From: Reclinomonas americana ATCC 50394
Lineage: Eukaryota
Direction of reading: 5' to 3'
NCBI GenBank assembly: GCA_048213135.1
Contig: PS015129.1
Coordinates: 237,090 to 281,693 of the forward strand
DNA: 44,604 bases
Positions within the stretch are counted from its first letter, which is position 1, and each line of letters starts with the position of its first letter. Made by a program: the position numbers and the translations under genes. The notes beneath the pieces were generated by a model. The model was given only the letters and a program-made list of their open reading frames with translations. It ran no database searches and was not told the origin of the DNA. Below are positions 10,560 through 22,319 of this stretch, piece after piece.

Positions 10560-11990
10560 AAGGTGCGTGGGTGGAGAGAGAGAGTACGGTTGTCCTGTGA
10601 AGTTTTTACGTGGATGCGCTGCTGTATGTTGCTGCTGTGTACGCGGACCGGTGGGTATGGTGTAAGAGTGTGCCCTGGAGAAGCTCTGTGCACGAGAAGG
10701 GCGGCTGCAGGCGTTGTTATTGGTGTTTTTTGAGAATCCGAACGCTCATGATCAGCTGAATGCGAAGTTGGATGGTCTCTGTGCGGGCCTGTGTGATACG
10801 GAGGAGAGGGATGGATGCAGAGGATGTATATGTGAATTGGGTTCGTGGTTGAGCTTCGACTGTTTGTTGCGGTTGAGCAGGTGGCGAGCGCGGCCCATGG
10901 CCAATTGCAACTTCGTGGTCGAATTATCTACGTGCATGCCTGTACAGGGTAGTTTGGCTGAGCACGGACGATCAGCACGTGCACTGGCTCGCACCGTTGC
11001 CGACCGGTTGCACCTCGACATGACTGCGAATATCGGGATCTTCGCGACGTTGTTAGTCAAGCGCCGGGGGGGGGAGGGGGCGGNNNNNNNNNNNNNNNNN
11101 NNNNNNNNNNNNNNNNNNNNNNNNNNNNNNNNNNNNNNNNNNNNNNNNNNNNNNNNNNNNNNNNNNNNNNNNNNNNNNNNNNNNNNNNNNNNNNNNNNNN
11201 NNNNNNNNNNNNNNNNNNNNNNNNNNNNNNNNNNNNNNNNNNNNNNNNNNNNNNNNNNNNNNNNNNNNNNNNNNNNNNNNNNNNNNNNNNNNNNNNNNNN
11301 NNNNNNNNNNNNNNNNNNNNNNNNNNNNNNNNNNNNNNNNNNNNNNNNNNNNNNNNNNNNNNNNNNNNNNNNNNNNNNNNNNNNNNNNNNNNNNNNNNNN
11401 NNNNNNNNNNNNNNNNNNNNNNNNNNNNNNNNNNNNNNNNNNNNNNNNNNNNNNNNNNNNNNNNNNNNNNNNNNNNNNNNNNNNNNNNNNNNNNNNNNNN
11501 NNNNNNNNNNNNNNNNNNNNNNNNNNNNNNNNNNNNNNNNNNNNNNNNNNNNNNNNNNNNNNNNNNNNNNNNNNNNNNNNNNNNNNNNNNNNNNNNNNNN
11601 NNNNNNNNNNNNNNNNNNNNNNNNNNNNNNNNNNNNNNNNNNNNNNNNNNNNNNNNNNNNNNNNNNNNNNNNNNNNNNNNNNNNNNNNNNNNNNNNNNNN
11701 NNNNNNNNNNNNNNNNNNNNNNNNNNNNNNNNNNNNNNNNNNNNNNNNNNNNNNNNNNNNNNNNNNNNNNNNNNNNNNNNNNNNNNNNNNNNNNNNNNNN
11801 NNNNNNNNNNNNNNNNNNNNNNNNNNNNNNNNNNNNNNNNNNNNNNNNNNNNNNNNNNNNNNNNNNNNNNNNNNNNNNNNNNNNNNNNNNNNNNNNNNNN
11901 NGGGGGGGGGGCGGTGCATGGTGATAGAAAGCCGAAAAACTTAGTCATTGGGCTGGCGGCAACGGCACAGTATGACGACGCTGGCGCCTG
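10560..11990 (+). pseudogene. Degenerate protein kinase-like remnant spanning an 818-N gap
   Basis: After the gap: VHGDRKPKNLVIGLAATAQYDDAG, resembling HRDLKPxN...DFG. Before the gap: VYADRW..ECALEKL and FVVELSTCMPVQGSLAEH, resembling subdomains I-II and V, with frame breaks. Confidence 0.4.
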
Positions 11991-12236
11991 TCCCTCCGTC
12001 CGTCCGGCGCAATCCCATTCTCCGTCTCCCATTCTCCGTCCACGCACCCCACCCGAACGGGAATCAACCCACTCCATACAAGACCGCGGCCGAATAGCAT
12101 CTCCCCCAGATCGCAGTTCGCAATGGTCTGGGTGTCGTACCCTCTTCTACGTCTGGGTTGTGCTTCACACTCTCACACTTTGTGCAACAGTCACTCTCGT
12201 CAGCGGCACCGTTGCACGCTAGTAGTCGAAGCCAGA

Positions 12237-13200
12237 TGTCGGGTGCTTTCAAGAAGGATATAATTTCTTCTTTCACGATGTTGGTTTGTGTTTGTGTAAG
12301 TGTGTTTGTGTGCGTGGTGTCCACCGTTTCGAACTGTCGTTGTTGTGCCGCAGAAAGAGAACTTGCGGCCTATCTATGCTCGCGAGTCGGCAGCCCGGTC
12401 GTCGTCGGGGGCTGCGTCGAGTGTCGAGGAGGGGTCCGTGGCGGATGATGATTCAGTGTTGACAGTCATGGATCACCTGATCAAATCCTACTCGCTTTAT
12501 GGCGAGCACGACGAGTCGCCGCCGTCCTCTCCACTGACGCCGGATGTGGGGTCGAGTGCCGTCTTGGTGTCAGAAAAAGCGCGCGAGCAAACGCACGCTG
12601 CGCCATCCCTGGAGCCCGATCAAGCTCCGTTCTGCCATCCCACAATGGGGCCGTCCCACGCACAGGAAATGGCCGTGTCGTCGGCTGCAGCGCCAGTGGC
12701 GTCTGCCGTAGAACTGCCGGCAGACGGCCACGATGTCCACGATGTCGTACGTGCACCGTCACCCGCGGAAGACACGACTCTGCAGTCCTTGGAGGGGCCG
12801 GTCTTCGAAGCTTGCGTGGAAGTGCTCGACTGTCTCAAGCAGCGCTCCCTCGAACGCGTCGCCATGATGTCGGAGGGCAAGTTCACTACGGAGGAACTGC
12901 GCACCCGCCTTGCCCTTGTGCGGGCTATATTAGGCGATGTCTGGCACCTGCTGCACCCGCTCTGTGCCAAAGTCACCCACCAGCTCTCCACAGTTTCTGG
13001 CAGGCTCGCCAGATTGATCGAAGAGCTGCCATATCTGAGTTACGTCGATCTTTGGCACAATTTACTTGAAGGCTTTTCTCTCATTCTGACCAGTCCACGG
13101 TGCACTTGCTCCCGAGCACTACTCGTTGGAGGCCACCCTGCACGTGCCGGATGCTGAAGAGTTGGCGGTGTTGGAGCTGTTTGAAAGCTTTCGCGATTAG
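12237..13200 (+). CDS. Hypothetical protein; the frame continues through in-frame stops to ~13780, so it may be a pseudogene
   Basis: Exon MSGAFKKDIISSFTML, intron 12285-12353, then a ~680-nt exon-like frame (KENLRPIYARES...ARLIEELPYL). No family recognised. Confidence 0.45.
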
Positions 13201-14091
13201 CAAGATATGATGTTTCCACTGGTACGCACACACTTGCAGGTGACTGACCAATCACTAATCAAGTTCAAAAACTCCATCAAGTGCTGCCTTGTGAACGCTG
13301 AGGATGGCCGCAATCAGGTTCTTCAACACAGGGCCATGTGGGCACACAAGGAGTATAATGCTGATAGGAGGAAGCTCTCGTCAACCGGGGTGCCGGGATC
13401 AGACAGCCTTCGCACTTGATTGGTCTTGGTGACTTCGCCGAGGGGCGGACTGCTGCGGAACCACTACATGTGGGTCGGCCCACTGCCGGATCCAGAGGCG
13501 CCCCCACGAGCACTCTCGGCGAGCTTGACTTGCAACTTCACCACCTCGAACGTTGAGCGCCGAGTTCCAGTACGCATGTCACGTCGACGACCAGCGAAAC
13601 GGGTGCATGCGCAAGTGGAGAGTGCGTCGACGTCGTCTATGTCCATCCTCTTGATATCGGCAGCAGTAAGGTGTTGCACTCCGTGTGCGTCGTGCCAACG
13701 CCGTTGCAGGCTGCCATCACGCAACGGCGCGACCATTCTGAGTTCAGAGCTGCCAGTGTGGTTGATGATCAACAGTGGATGAGCACAAGCGTCGTGCTGT
13801 ACATCGGGAAGCGGGACATGCGGGCCTACTTGAATTGGCTCTGACAGCCAAGTAACGGAAAATGACTTGGCTCCCCCAGCAAACTTCGTCCTGGCATGAC
13901 CATCCTGATTGCGAGTGATACGTAAGAGAAGTCTTCGTGCGACGTCCGTATTGTGCGACGTTCTTGGTAGGGTTGGACACCTCTCTCTCTCTCTGCGCCA
14001 CTCAGCTCGTCGCCATTGCCTACTCTTCTTCTCCTCCCTCAACTGCTGCAGCTTCAATGAAGGCGTCCATACACGTGAGTTGTCCCACACA

Positions 14092-14101
14092 TTTCCCGCG
14101 C
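14092..14101 (+). promoter_or_regulatory. Candidate E2F site (TTTCCCGCGC) upstream of CDC23
   Basis: Matches the TTTSSCGC consensus about 25 nt before the ATG of a cell-cycle gene. Confidence 0.4.
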
Positions 14102-14124
14102 ATTCACAAAAACCTCACTCAGTG

Positions 14125-17100
14125 ATGGAAGAGCGCGCGCAGGAGTGGTCCACACAACTGCGTCACGCTGCGCACGACTGTGGCACACGCGGTCTGCGCA
14201 ATGCTGCGCGTTGGTGCGTGAAAGAGAGAGAGACAAAAACAGTGAGAGTGTGAACAACTCACACACACTCAACACACACAGGGCGGTGCAAGTGCTGCAC
14301 GATGTGAGCACACAGTTTCCCTCATGTCGACCATCTGCTGCTGCACCAGTCGCGCAAGAGGAAGTTGCGCGACACAGTGTGTGTGTGTGAGAGAGGGAGA
14401 GAGTGAATGCTCACTGGTGCAATAGGCGAGTGATTTCTGGGCGGATTATGACACATACGCGCTGGCCTTGTCGTACTTTGAGGGCGCAGAACTGCGTCGC
14501 TGTTCATATAGTCTCCGCCAGTGTCGTTCACAGAAGGTGAGTGCGTACTGAAGGAAGGGATCTGTGACTTCCTTGTCTCCCTCCTCTCTCTCTCTCTCTT
14601 TCTCTCTTTCTCTTGTCTCTCCCTCTCTTGTTTGCCACTCACAGCTCTTCTTCTCCTCCTTCTCCTCCTCCTCTCTCCCTCTCTCATGTTTGTCACTCAC
14701 GGCTCTTCTCACCTGTCTCCCTCTCTTTCCTCTCTTCTCTGTCTACNNNNNNNNNNNNNNNNNNNNNNNNNNNNNNNNNNNNNNNNNNNNNNNNNNNNNN
14801 NNNNNNNNNNNNNNNNNNNNNNNNNNNNNNNNNNNNNNNNNNNNNNNNNNNNNNNNNNNNNNNNNNNNNNNNNNNNNNNNNNNNNNNNNNNNNNNNNNNN
14901 NNNNNNNNNNNNNNNNNNNNNNNNNNNNNNNNNNNNNNNNNNNNNNNNNNNNNNNNNNNNNNNNNNNNNNNNNNNNNNNNNNNNNNNNNNNNNNNNNNNN
15001 NNNNNNNNNNNNNNNNNNNNNNNNNNNNNNNNNNNNNNNNNNNNNNNNNNNNNNNNNNNNNNNNNTCTCCTCCTCCTCTTCTTCTTCTCCTTCTTCTCCT
15101 TCTTGTTCTTCTTCTTCTCCTTCTTCTCTTCCTCATTCTTCTTCTCCTTCTCCTTCTTCTTCTCTTGCTCTTTCTCTCTTCCTTGCCAATCACTTCTCCT
15201 CCTTCCAGGCTCGCTTCCTGCGCCGCTACTCGCGCTACTTGGCTGGCGAGGAGCGTGCTCGACAGGAGCAAACGGAGCGCCACTCAGGTGTCCTCGCTGG
15301 CGTGCACGAGCCGAATCGAGAGCTGCAGGAGCTGGCCAATGATTTGGACTCGGATGCGAAAGGTCTTGGAGTGTGTGTGAGAGAGAAAGGACTGAGAGGC
15401 GGGCAGCACTCACGCGCATCTCGCAGCCGGCGACTTGGACGCTTTCAACTCGTACCTGTACGGCGTTGTACTATCGCGCCTGGCCGAGTACGAACGAGCC
15501 GCGCGCTGCCTGTGCACGGCGCTGCAAATGTATCCTTGTTTGTGGTCGGCGTTTGTCGAGTTGTCGACACTCGTGTCGCAACAGCGCGTGCATGTGCGTT
15601 GCTCTCCCGTGCGCCAGCTCTGTTTCCCACCTCTCATTGTCGCGCGTCGCACAGTTCGCCACACTGGATTTCGGTGCCGTGCGCCAGCACTGGGCATTTC
15701 AGTATTTTATCGCGCACCTGAGCGTCGAGCTGCAGCAGCCGCGCGATGCGTTGCTGGCCGTGCAGCAGCTCATGGCGCCGGAGGAAGGTCCACCGTCGGC
15801 GGAGACGCAGTTGTTGGCGACATCGGCGCTGACGTTGTTGAGGCCACGGGCGACGGCGCACTCGATTTTGCGAGGTGAGTGCGCATCACGCCAATACTTC
15901 CGTTTCCCGTGACTCATGCTGCTGTGCCGCAGATTTTGAGGCCAGCAACGAGTGCTTTGAGGAGTTGGTGATTCGCGATCCGTTCGCCGTGGAGCTCATG
16001 GACATGTATTCGAACATTCTTTACGTGCGCGAGGAACGCAGTGCCCTGGCGCGACTGGCGCACGCGTGTCACGCCGCGAACAAGTACCGCCCGGAGACGT
16101 GCTGTGTGGTCGGCAACTACTATTCGCTGCGGAGACAACACCAGAAGGCACTGGTGTACCTGCGCCGCGCGCTGCAAATGGATCCCACGTTGCGTCTCTC
16201 CCTTTTGTTTGGTGACGCAATGGGTTGGTTGAGTCTCACTGACACTTTTCTGCAGCTACGTGTCGGCGTGGACACTGATGGGCCACGAGTACATTGAGCT
16301 GAAGAACATTGGTGCCGCCATCTACGTGTATCGCAAGGCTGTTGGTATGTGTGTGTGTGTGCATCAAGGCCAGCTCGTGTCTCCCTTGCTCACTCACTAT
16401 TGTGCACTCTCCCACAGACATCAACGTGCGGGACTACCGCGCCTGGTACGGCCTGGGTCAGACGTACGAACTGCTGCACATGCCTCTGTATGCCCTGTAC
16501 TACTACCGCAAGGCTACCACGTTGAGACCAGACGACTCGCGCATGTGGTGTGCGCTCGGCGGCTGCTACGAGGAATTGCGTCGATTCGGCGAGGCGTTGG
16601 AATGCTATCGGCGCGCCCATCCGGTATCGCACGTGGTGATGGCGCTACCGTCGCAACCGTCTGCGGCGGCCGCGCCGTCAGCCTCGTCCACGTCGCGCAC
16701 GACGCCGGCTGTGGGAGTGGATTCGTCGGCCAATGAGGACGCAGGAGGCAAGGAGTCGCCGACTGCGGGCGCAGCCAGCGCAGCCGCTGGGGGAGCAACA
16801 GGGGCAGCGCGCGAAGAGGACGGGCTGGATGACTCGAAACCCGACAATTGGCTGCGCATGTACGATCCCGTGGCGCTGGCCAAGCAAGCGGCGTTGTATC
16901 GGCAGCTGAACGACTTGAACACGGCTGCGCACTGGTACACAAAGCTGGTGTTCGTGCAGAGACGACTGCAGGGTGACGCCGCGGTCGAGCCACCGATTCT
17001 TATGTTCCTGGCCCAGTACTACCACATGTGCGGTGAGAACGACGAGGCGATCAGCTACTGCATGCAGCTGCTGGACACCGGAGCGCCAGTTGCGTGCTGT

Positions 17101-17308
17101 AATGCGATGCGCCACCTGATTCATACTCTCAATGTCGTCGACCATCTGCACGCAGGAAAAGGAGGAGGCCAAGGCACTGCTGCGCGACATTCGCAGCCAA
17201 CAGAGCGCGACCAATCGACTGCCACTGGCGTCGCCGGCGCCACCGTTTGTGCGAGACGACCTCGAGTCGCCAGGCTTCATGTCGCCGGCATGGCCCTCAG
17301 GCACGTGA
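14125..17308 (+). CDS. CDC23: Anaphase-promoting complex subunit 8 (Cdc23), TPR protein
   Basis: [140 protein letters not shown]. Stop TGA 17306-17308. Confidence 0.96.
14570..15208 (+). repeat. Polypyrimidine (CT/CTT)n tract with a gap, in a CDC23 intron
   Basis: Visible CT-rich runs on either side of Ns 14747-15064. Confidence 0.9.
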
Positions 17309-17495
17309 GGTAGAAATGGTGGGCGGCGAATGGAGTGGATGTGGGGGGGAGAGAAGAGAGATAGTGAAGAAATGAGTGAGAAAAAATCGACCGGCAACAG
17401 GCACAAGAGGAGCGTTCGTTGATCGTTTTACTGTGGGGCCACTCGGGGAACTCTTCTTCTCACAGTATCATATCACGTGCCGGCGATGCGCCGGC

Positions 17496-19979
17496 TTACT
17501 TGTTCTTGAAGGCGGCAGGGCGCTTCTCTGCAAACGCGGCCATGCCCTCCTTTTGATCCACAGTGCCAAAAGTCGACCAGAACAGGCGGCGCTCGTACTT
17601 GAGACCCTCGTTCAGCGACAGTTCCTCTGCAGCATTGACCGCGTCCTTGGCAATGGCCACTGTTTACGGGGGAAATAGATGAGTGTCGGGGACAAGAGAA
17701 AGATGCACATGACCATGGACGGCGCACCAGCAATCTGCGAGTAGCCGGCAATCTTTTCGCCAATCTCCACGACCTTGTCGACGAGCTCCTCGGCCGGGAA
17801 AATCTGTGCGCGAGATAACAAGGGTGAGGCGCGTACGAGTTCAGACCATGTCTGCTTCCCCACCACCGCCTCGCACCTTGGCCGCCAAACCCCACTCCGC
17901 CGCCTCCTTTGCCGAGATAAAATCGCCCGTCAAATTCATGTGCATCGAGCGGAACTTGCCAATGGCGCGCGTCAGGCGCTGTGAGCCTCCCATGCCGGGG
18001 ATGGTGCCGAGCTTGATCTCGGGCTGTCCGAATTGTGCCTGCACGGATCGGTGAGCATTCAAGAAAAATCACGCGGTATAATTTAGCGCCCCCGCAGCGC
18101 ACCTTGTCGCCTGCATAGATCACGTCGCAGCTCATGGCCAGCTCACAGCCACCGCCGAGCGCAAAGCCGTTCACGGCAGCCAGCACTGGCTTGTGAATCC
18201 CGCGAATGCCGTAATCGAACTCGTCAAACATACGCTGCGAGTACACATCGGCAAACGACTTTGGCTGCATCTCCTTGATGTCGGCACCGGCTGCGCGCGC
18301 AAAATAAGGCAACGAATGTGAGACTCGTATCTGTCCGCCTCGCATGCGGTGTCTGCGACATGGGCGGTCATTCTGTAATCTCTCGCTCTGTCGCCCTCTC
18401 CCAGGCCTCCCAGTCTCTCCTGCTGTCCCTCCACCGACCCCTCATGCCCGAGCGGGCGCGCCGGTGAAGCGCGCACAAGCACCCATGTGCATTAAAGGCC
18501 AGAGGAGAACGAGCAGGCAAAGAGAAAGCGAGGACCGACAGAGAAAAACAGAGCATGGTATGTTCTGCCAGCGCAAATGACGTGCAGCGAGGGGGTCTCG
18601 GAGAGCGCTGCACGGCGGCTTGAAGCGCTGGGGACAGGAGGAAATGGAGGAGGAGGAGGAGGAGGAGGAGGAGGGAGGGGGAGGAGGAGGAGGAGGAGGA
18701 GGAGGAGGAGAGAAGAGATAGAAGAAGAAGAAGAAAAAGAACAAGAAGAACAAGACCAAGACCAAGACCAAGAACAAGACCAAGAAGAAGAAGAAGAAGA
18801 AGAAGAAGAAGAGAGAGAGAGAGANNNNNNNNNNNNNNNNNNNNNNNNNNNNNNNNNNNNNNNNNNNNNNNNNNNNNNNNNNNNNNNNNNNNNNNNNNNN
18901 NNNNNNNNNNNNNNNNNNNNNNNNNNNNNNNNNNNNNNNNNNNNNNNNNNNNNNNNNNNNNNNNNNNNNNNNNNNNNNNNNNNNNNNNNNNNNNNNNNNN
19001 NNNNNNNNNNNNNNNNNNNNNNNNNNNNNNNNNNNNNNNNNNNNNNNNNNNNNNNNNNNNNNNNNNNNNNNNNNNNNNNNNNNNNNNNNNNNNNNNNNNN
19101 NNNNNNNNNNNNNNNNNNNNNAAGGATGAAGAGGGGAACCAGGCGAGTACCTTGGGCGACGCTCCTGTGCAAAGGCACAGCTTGCCGTAGTGTACCACTC
19201 GGCCGCTGGTGCATTGCAGCTGTCATGGCAAAAGAGGGTGTGATTAAAGGAGAAGGAGGAGGAGGAGGAGGAGGAGGAGGAGGAGGAGGAGGAGGAGGAG
19301 GAGGAGGAGGAGGAGGAGGAGGAGAAGAAGAAGAAGAAGAAGAAGAAGAAGAAGAAGAAGAAGAAGAAGAAGAAGAAGAACAAGAAGAAGAAGAAGAAGA
19401 CGAAGAAGAAGACGAAGAACAAGAAGAACAAGAAGAAGAGGAGGAGCTTGTCTCTTTCATTCTCTTTCATATTCACTCACCGGCGAATGCCTTGAGGGAT
19501 CCGGTGATGACAATGGCTCCCACTGCGGGGTTGGCATCCATGGCACGCAGTTGCTCAAGCAGCTGCGTCAGCAGTGGCGCACAGAGGGCGTTGAGGGCTT
19601 TCGGGCGATTGAGAGTCAGGAGGCCCACGCGACCGCGGATCTGGTTCAATACCATGGGTTCTGAGAGAAGGAGAGCGAGAAGAGGAGAAGAGTGAGAGGG
19701 AGGGAAAGAGAGTCAGACGATCATTCGACTTGTCATGCATCGCATCGGAGAATCAAGAGAGTGCAGCCACGCACACATGCACTCTCTCTCCCTTCTCTCT
19801 CACACACACAGTCACAGCAATGCATGCACGTGTGCGTGAGAGAGAGGAGACAGAGAGAGACTCATGATTGCATCACTGCGTTTCATGCATGCACACACAC
19901 ACACAGACAGAAGCGTTGTCTCACCAGCTGCAGCTGAGGCCGAGAAGAGGCGCTGCACTACACGCGTGCTCCCAAACAT
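17496..19979 (-). CDS. ECHS1: Mitochondrial short-chain enoyl-CoA hydratase (crotonase)
   Basis: Presequence-like [117 protein letters not shown]. Both catalytic Glu residues are present. Confidence 0.96.
18645..19445 (+). repeat. (GGA)n/(GAA)n purine tracts flanking a gap in the ECHS1 intron
   Basis: Runs at 18645-18824 and 19250-19445. Confidence 0.92.
19151..19219 (-). other. Orphan 69-nt exon resembling a PYROXD1-type pyridine nucleotide-disulfide oxidoreductase
   Basis: CAG|ctg...aag|GT borders enclose [23 protein letters not shown], which fits the Y-x-K-L-x-L-x-T-G-A-x-P motif of FAD-dependent oxidoreductases. Confidence 0.55.
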
Positions 19980-20191
19980 TCGTTCTTGTTGATGATAATG
20001 TGACGGGACAGTCCGCTGACGCACTTCACTCCTCTCATTTCTCCTTCCATTGCTGCTCTCACAAGCAGTCTCTCTCACTGCACACGCACACACACACTCT
20101 GTTCACGAGGGCGGCGGCACAGGCTTGGGCAGACGAGCGGGACCTGCAGCAGCGACAAGAGCAGTGAGTGATCCTCTCACGAGAACTCGTG

Positions 20192-21862
20192 TCACACAGT
20201 GGACGAACCGCGACCGGGCTTCTTTGGACGCTGCTGCATGGCGGCTTGAGCGGCGGCGTGGACGTTCGAGTTGCGGCTCTGTGGGTGCAGGCGATCGAGA
20301 ATGTTGTCGGGTGACAAGCCGTCGGCGTCGGTGGCTTCCATCTGCGCACAGCACACAAGCACTGTGTCAGTCGATGGGAAGCAAGTGAGTTCAGCGCGTG
20401 TGTGCGCAACATTGAGTGCCACCGGCGTGGAGGCGATGCGCTCGATCTCGGCCACGAGGCCGGCCTTGGCAGAGCTGGCCAGCATCTTCTGGCGCACTGG
20501 CACGTCGTCCGGGCAGACGTAAATCACCACTGCGAGCGACAAGTGGTGTGAGAGAGCGGGAAGACAGAGAGTGAGGGCCAGATGGCGCACTCACCCAGTG
20601 GCGACTCGTTGCTGCCCTCAAACTGGTGCGTGTAGCGCACGACAAAGAATGACGGCCGGCCAGCAGGCATGTGGTTCGGCAGCTCCTCCGGTCCCACCGC
20701 TGCACGGCGTCCGTCAATGTTGATGACTTCGTTGTCGAACACCTGCAACGAAAGTGGGCACCATAGGCGAAGGCGGATCGCAACAAGAAAGAGGAGCGCA
20801 CCAGCTTGACCAGGTTGCCCGAGGATGGATCCGACGCCACGCTCTCCACGGCCGCCACGGCCTCGCTGGAGAGCGGGAAGGCGAGTCCGGAGCCAGCCGA
20901 GGTGGCCACGGGACCCGACGAGCTGGCGCCTGAGAGCATGGCGTTCTGCAAGCAGAAGTGAGTGAGCTGCGTGAGCATTTCTATCGCCTGTCTCTCTCTC
21001 TCACACACACACCTCGGCACGAATCGAGCGCTCCTCCTCCGACATCAACGCATTGCGATGCTCGGCCGTCACCGGCGACACATCCTCCGGCGCCAACGAC
21101 TGCACGTCGTTGACGGTGATCCAGTGCCACAGCGCCGGTCCAAGAACGCGCTTCACCGGCTCCACGGATGAGGAGTAGATCTGTGTGTGGGGGGGTGAGA
21201 AGTGAGAGGGAGGAGAGGAGAGGAGAGGAGAGGAGAGGAGAGGAGAGGAGAGGAGAGGAGAGGAGAGGAGAGGAGAGGAGAGGAGAGGAGAGGAGAGGGA
21301 GGAGAGGGAGAGGAGAGGAGAGGAAAGGAGATGAACGGAGAGGGAGGAAAGGGAGGAGAGGGAGGAGAGGGAAGAGAGGGAGGAGAGGGAGGAGAGGAGA
21401 GGAGAGGAGAGGAGGACGTAGAGCAGTGGCGAAGGACACCAAGGAAGAGAGTCGCGAAGAAGGTGAGAAGGAAACACGAAAGGAGAGCAATGGAGAAGCA
21501 ACGCGCACGGGGGACGGAGCAGTGAAGAAGAAGCAGAGGGGAAGAACGAGGAGACGATCGCACGATCGCACGTTTGAAGACAAAGAGAGTGAGAGAGACA
21601 AACCATCTTCTGCCGCACATGCGCCGAATCGGGAATGTACGTCACGAGCACCCACCGCTCTCCAGAGGCACTGGCACGCAACAAAAAGTAGCTCGACGCA
21701 CCTAAAGAAGAACAAGAAGAAAAACACGAAAAATTGTTCCGATCACAGTCAGCTCAAACAAAATGCATGTCTGATGATGATCGATCACTCATGATAAAAT
21801 GCATGTCGCCGTGTGAGCATGAGAGCAAGAGAGTGCAACTGCAAAAAGCACACTTTGCATGT

Positions 21863-21917
<55 letters not shown>

Positions 21918-22158
21918 TGTGTATGTGCTCACCCGGTGCCTCCGCCACGACTCCTCGCGCAGTGGCACACGCCTCTGCCAGCTCGCCCTCTCCATTGAGA
22001 GCGCGCACCACACGCACTGCCACTCCCTGCTGATCATCATCCGCCCCCGAAGGCTGCTCAGTGATCTGCAACTGCACGAGCAAGGCGCCGTTGCCAGAGC
22101 GCGCGGCCGCAAAGTGCGAAGTGACCGTGGAGGAGAGAGGAATGCCCGTCAGTGACAT
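20192..22158 (-). CDS. TWF: Twinfilin (two ADF-H domains)
   Basis: MSLTGIPLS; WVLVTYIPDSAHVRQKMIYSSS; LMSEEER; GLAFPLSSEA; PAGRPSFFVVRY; VVIYVCPDDVPVRQKMLASSAK; C-terminal tail RPKKPGRG. Confidence 0.93.
21208..21415 (+). repeat. (GAGAG)n pentanucleotide and purine tract in a twinfilin intron
   Basis: Visible aggag repeats. Confidence 0.92.
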
Positions 22159-22319
22159 GAGAAAGTGTGAAAAGTGTGTGTCCTGCTGGCGTGAAGTCGC
22201 GCTTGTTTGCGCTGATGAGTCGCGTGGAAGCGTTTTCTTAGATAAGATGCAAGCTCGCCTCTCGTTGATTGATTGGAAAAAGTCGTTCATTGGTCGCAGG
22301 AGGAGCCCTTGAAACAGTT

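Noticed and set aside
13464-14090. 208-aa minus-strand ORF
   Set aside because: No motif or convincing exon structure; ORFs of this length are common by chance at this GC content.
18368-19695. Poly-Glu/Gly/Phe/Ser/Pro ORFs
   Set aside because: These are translations of intronic microsatellites read through Ns.
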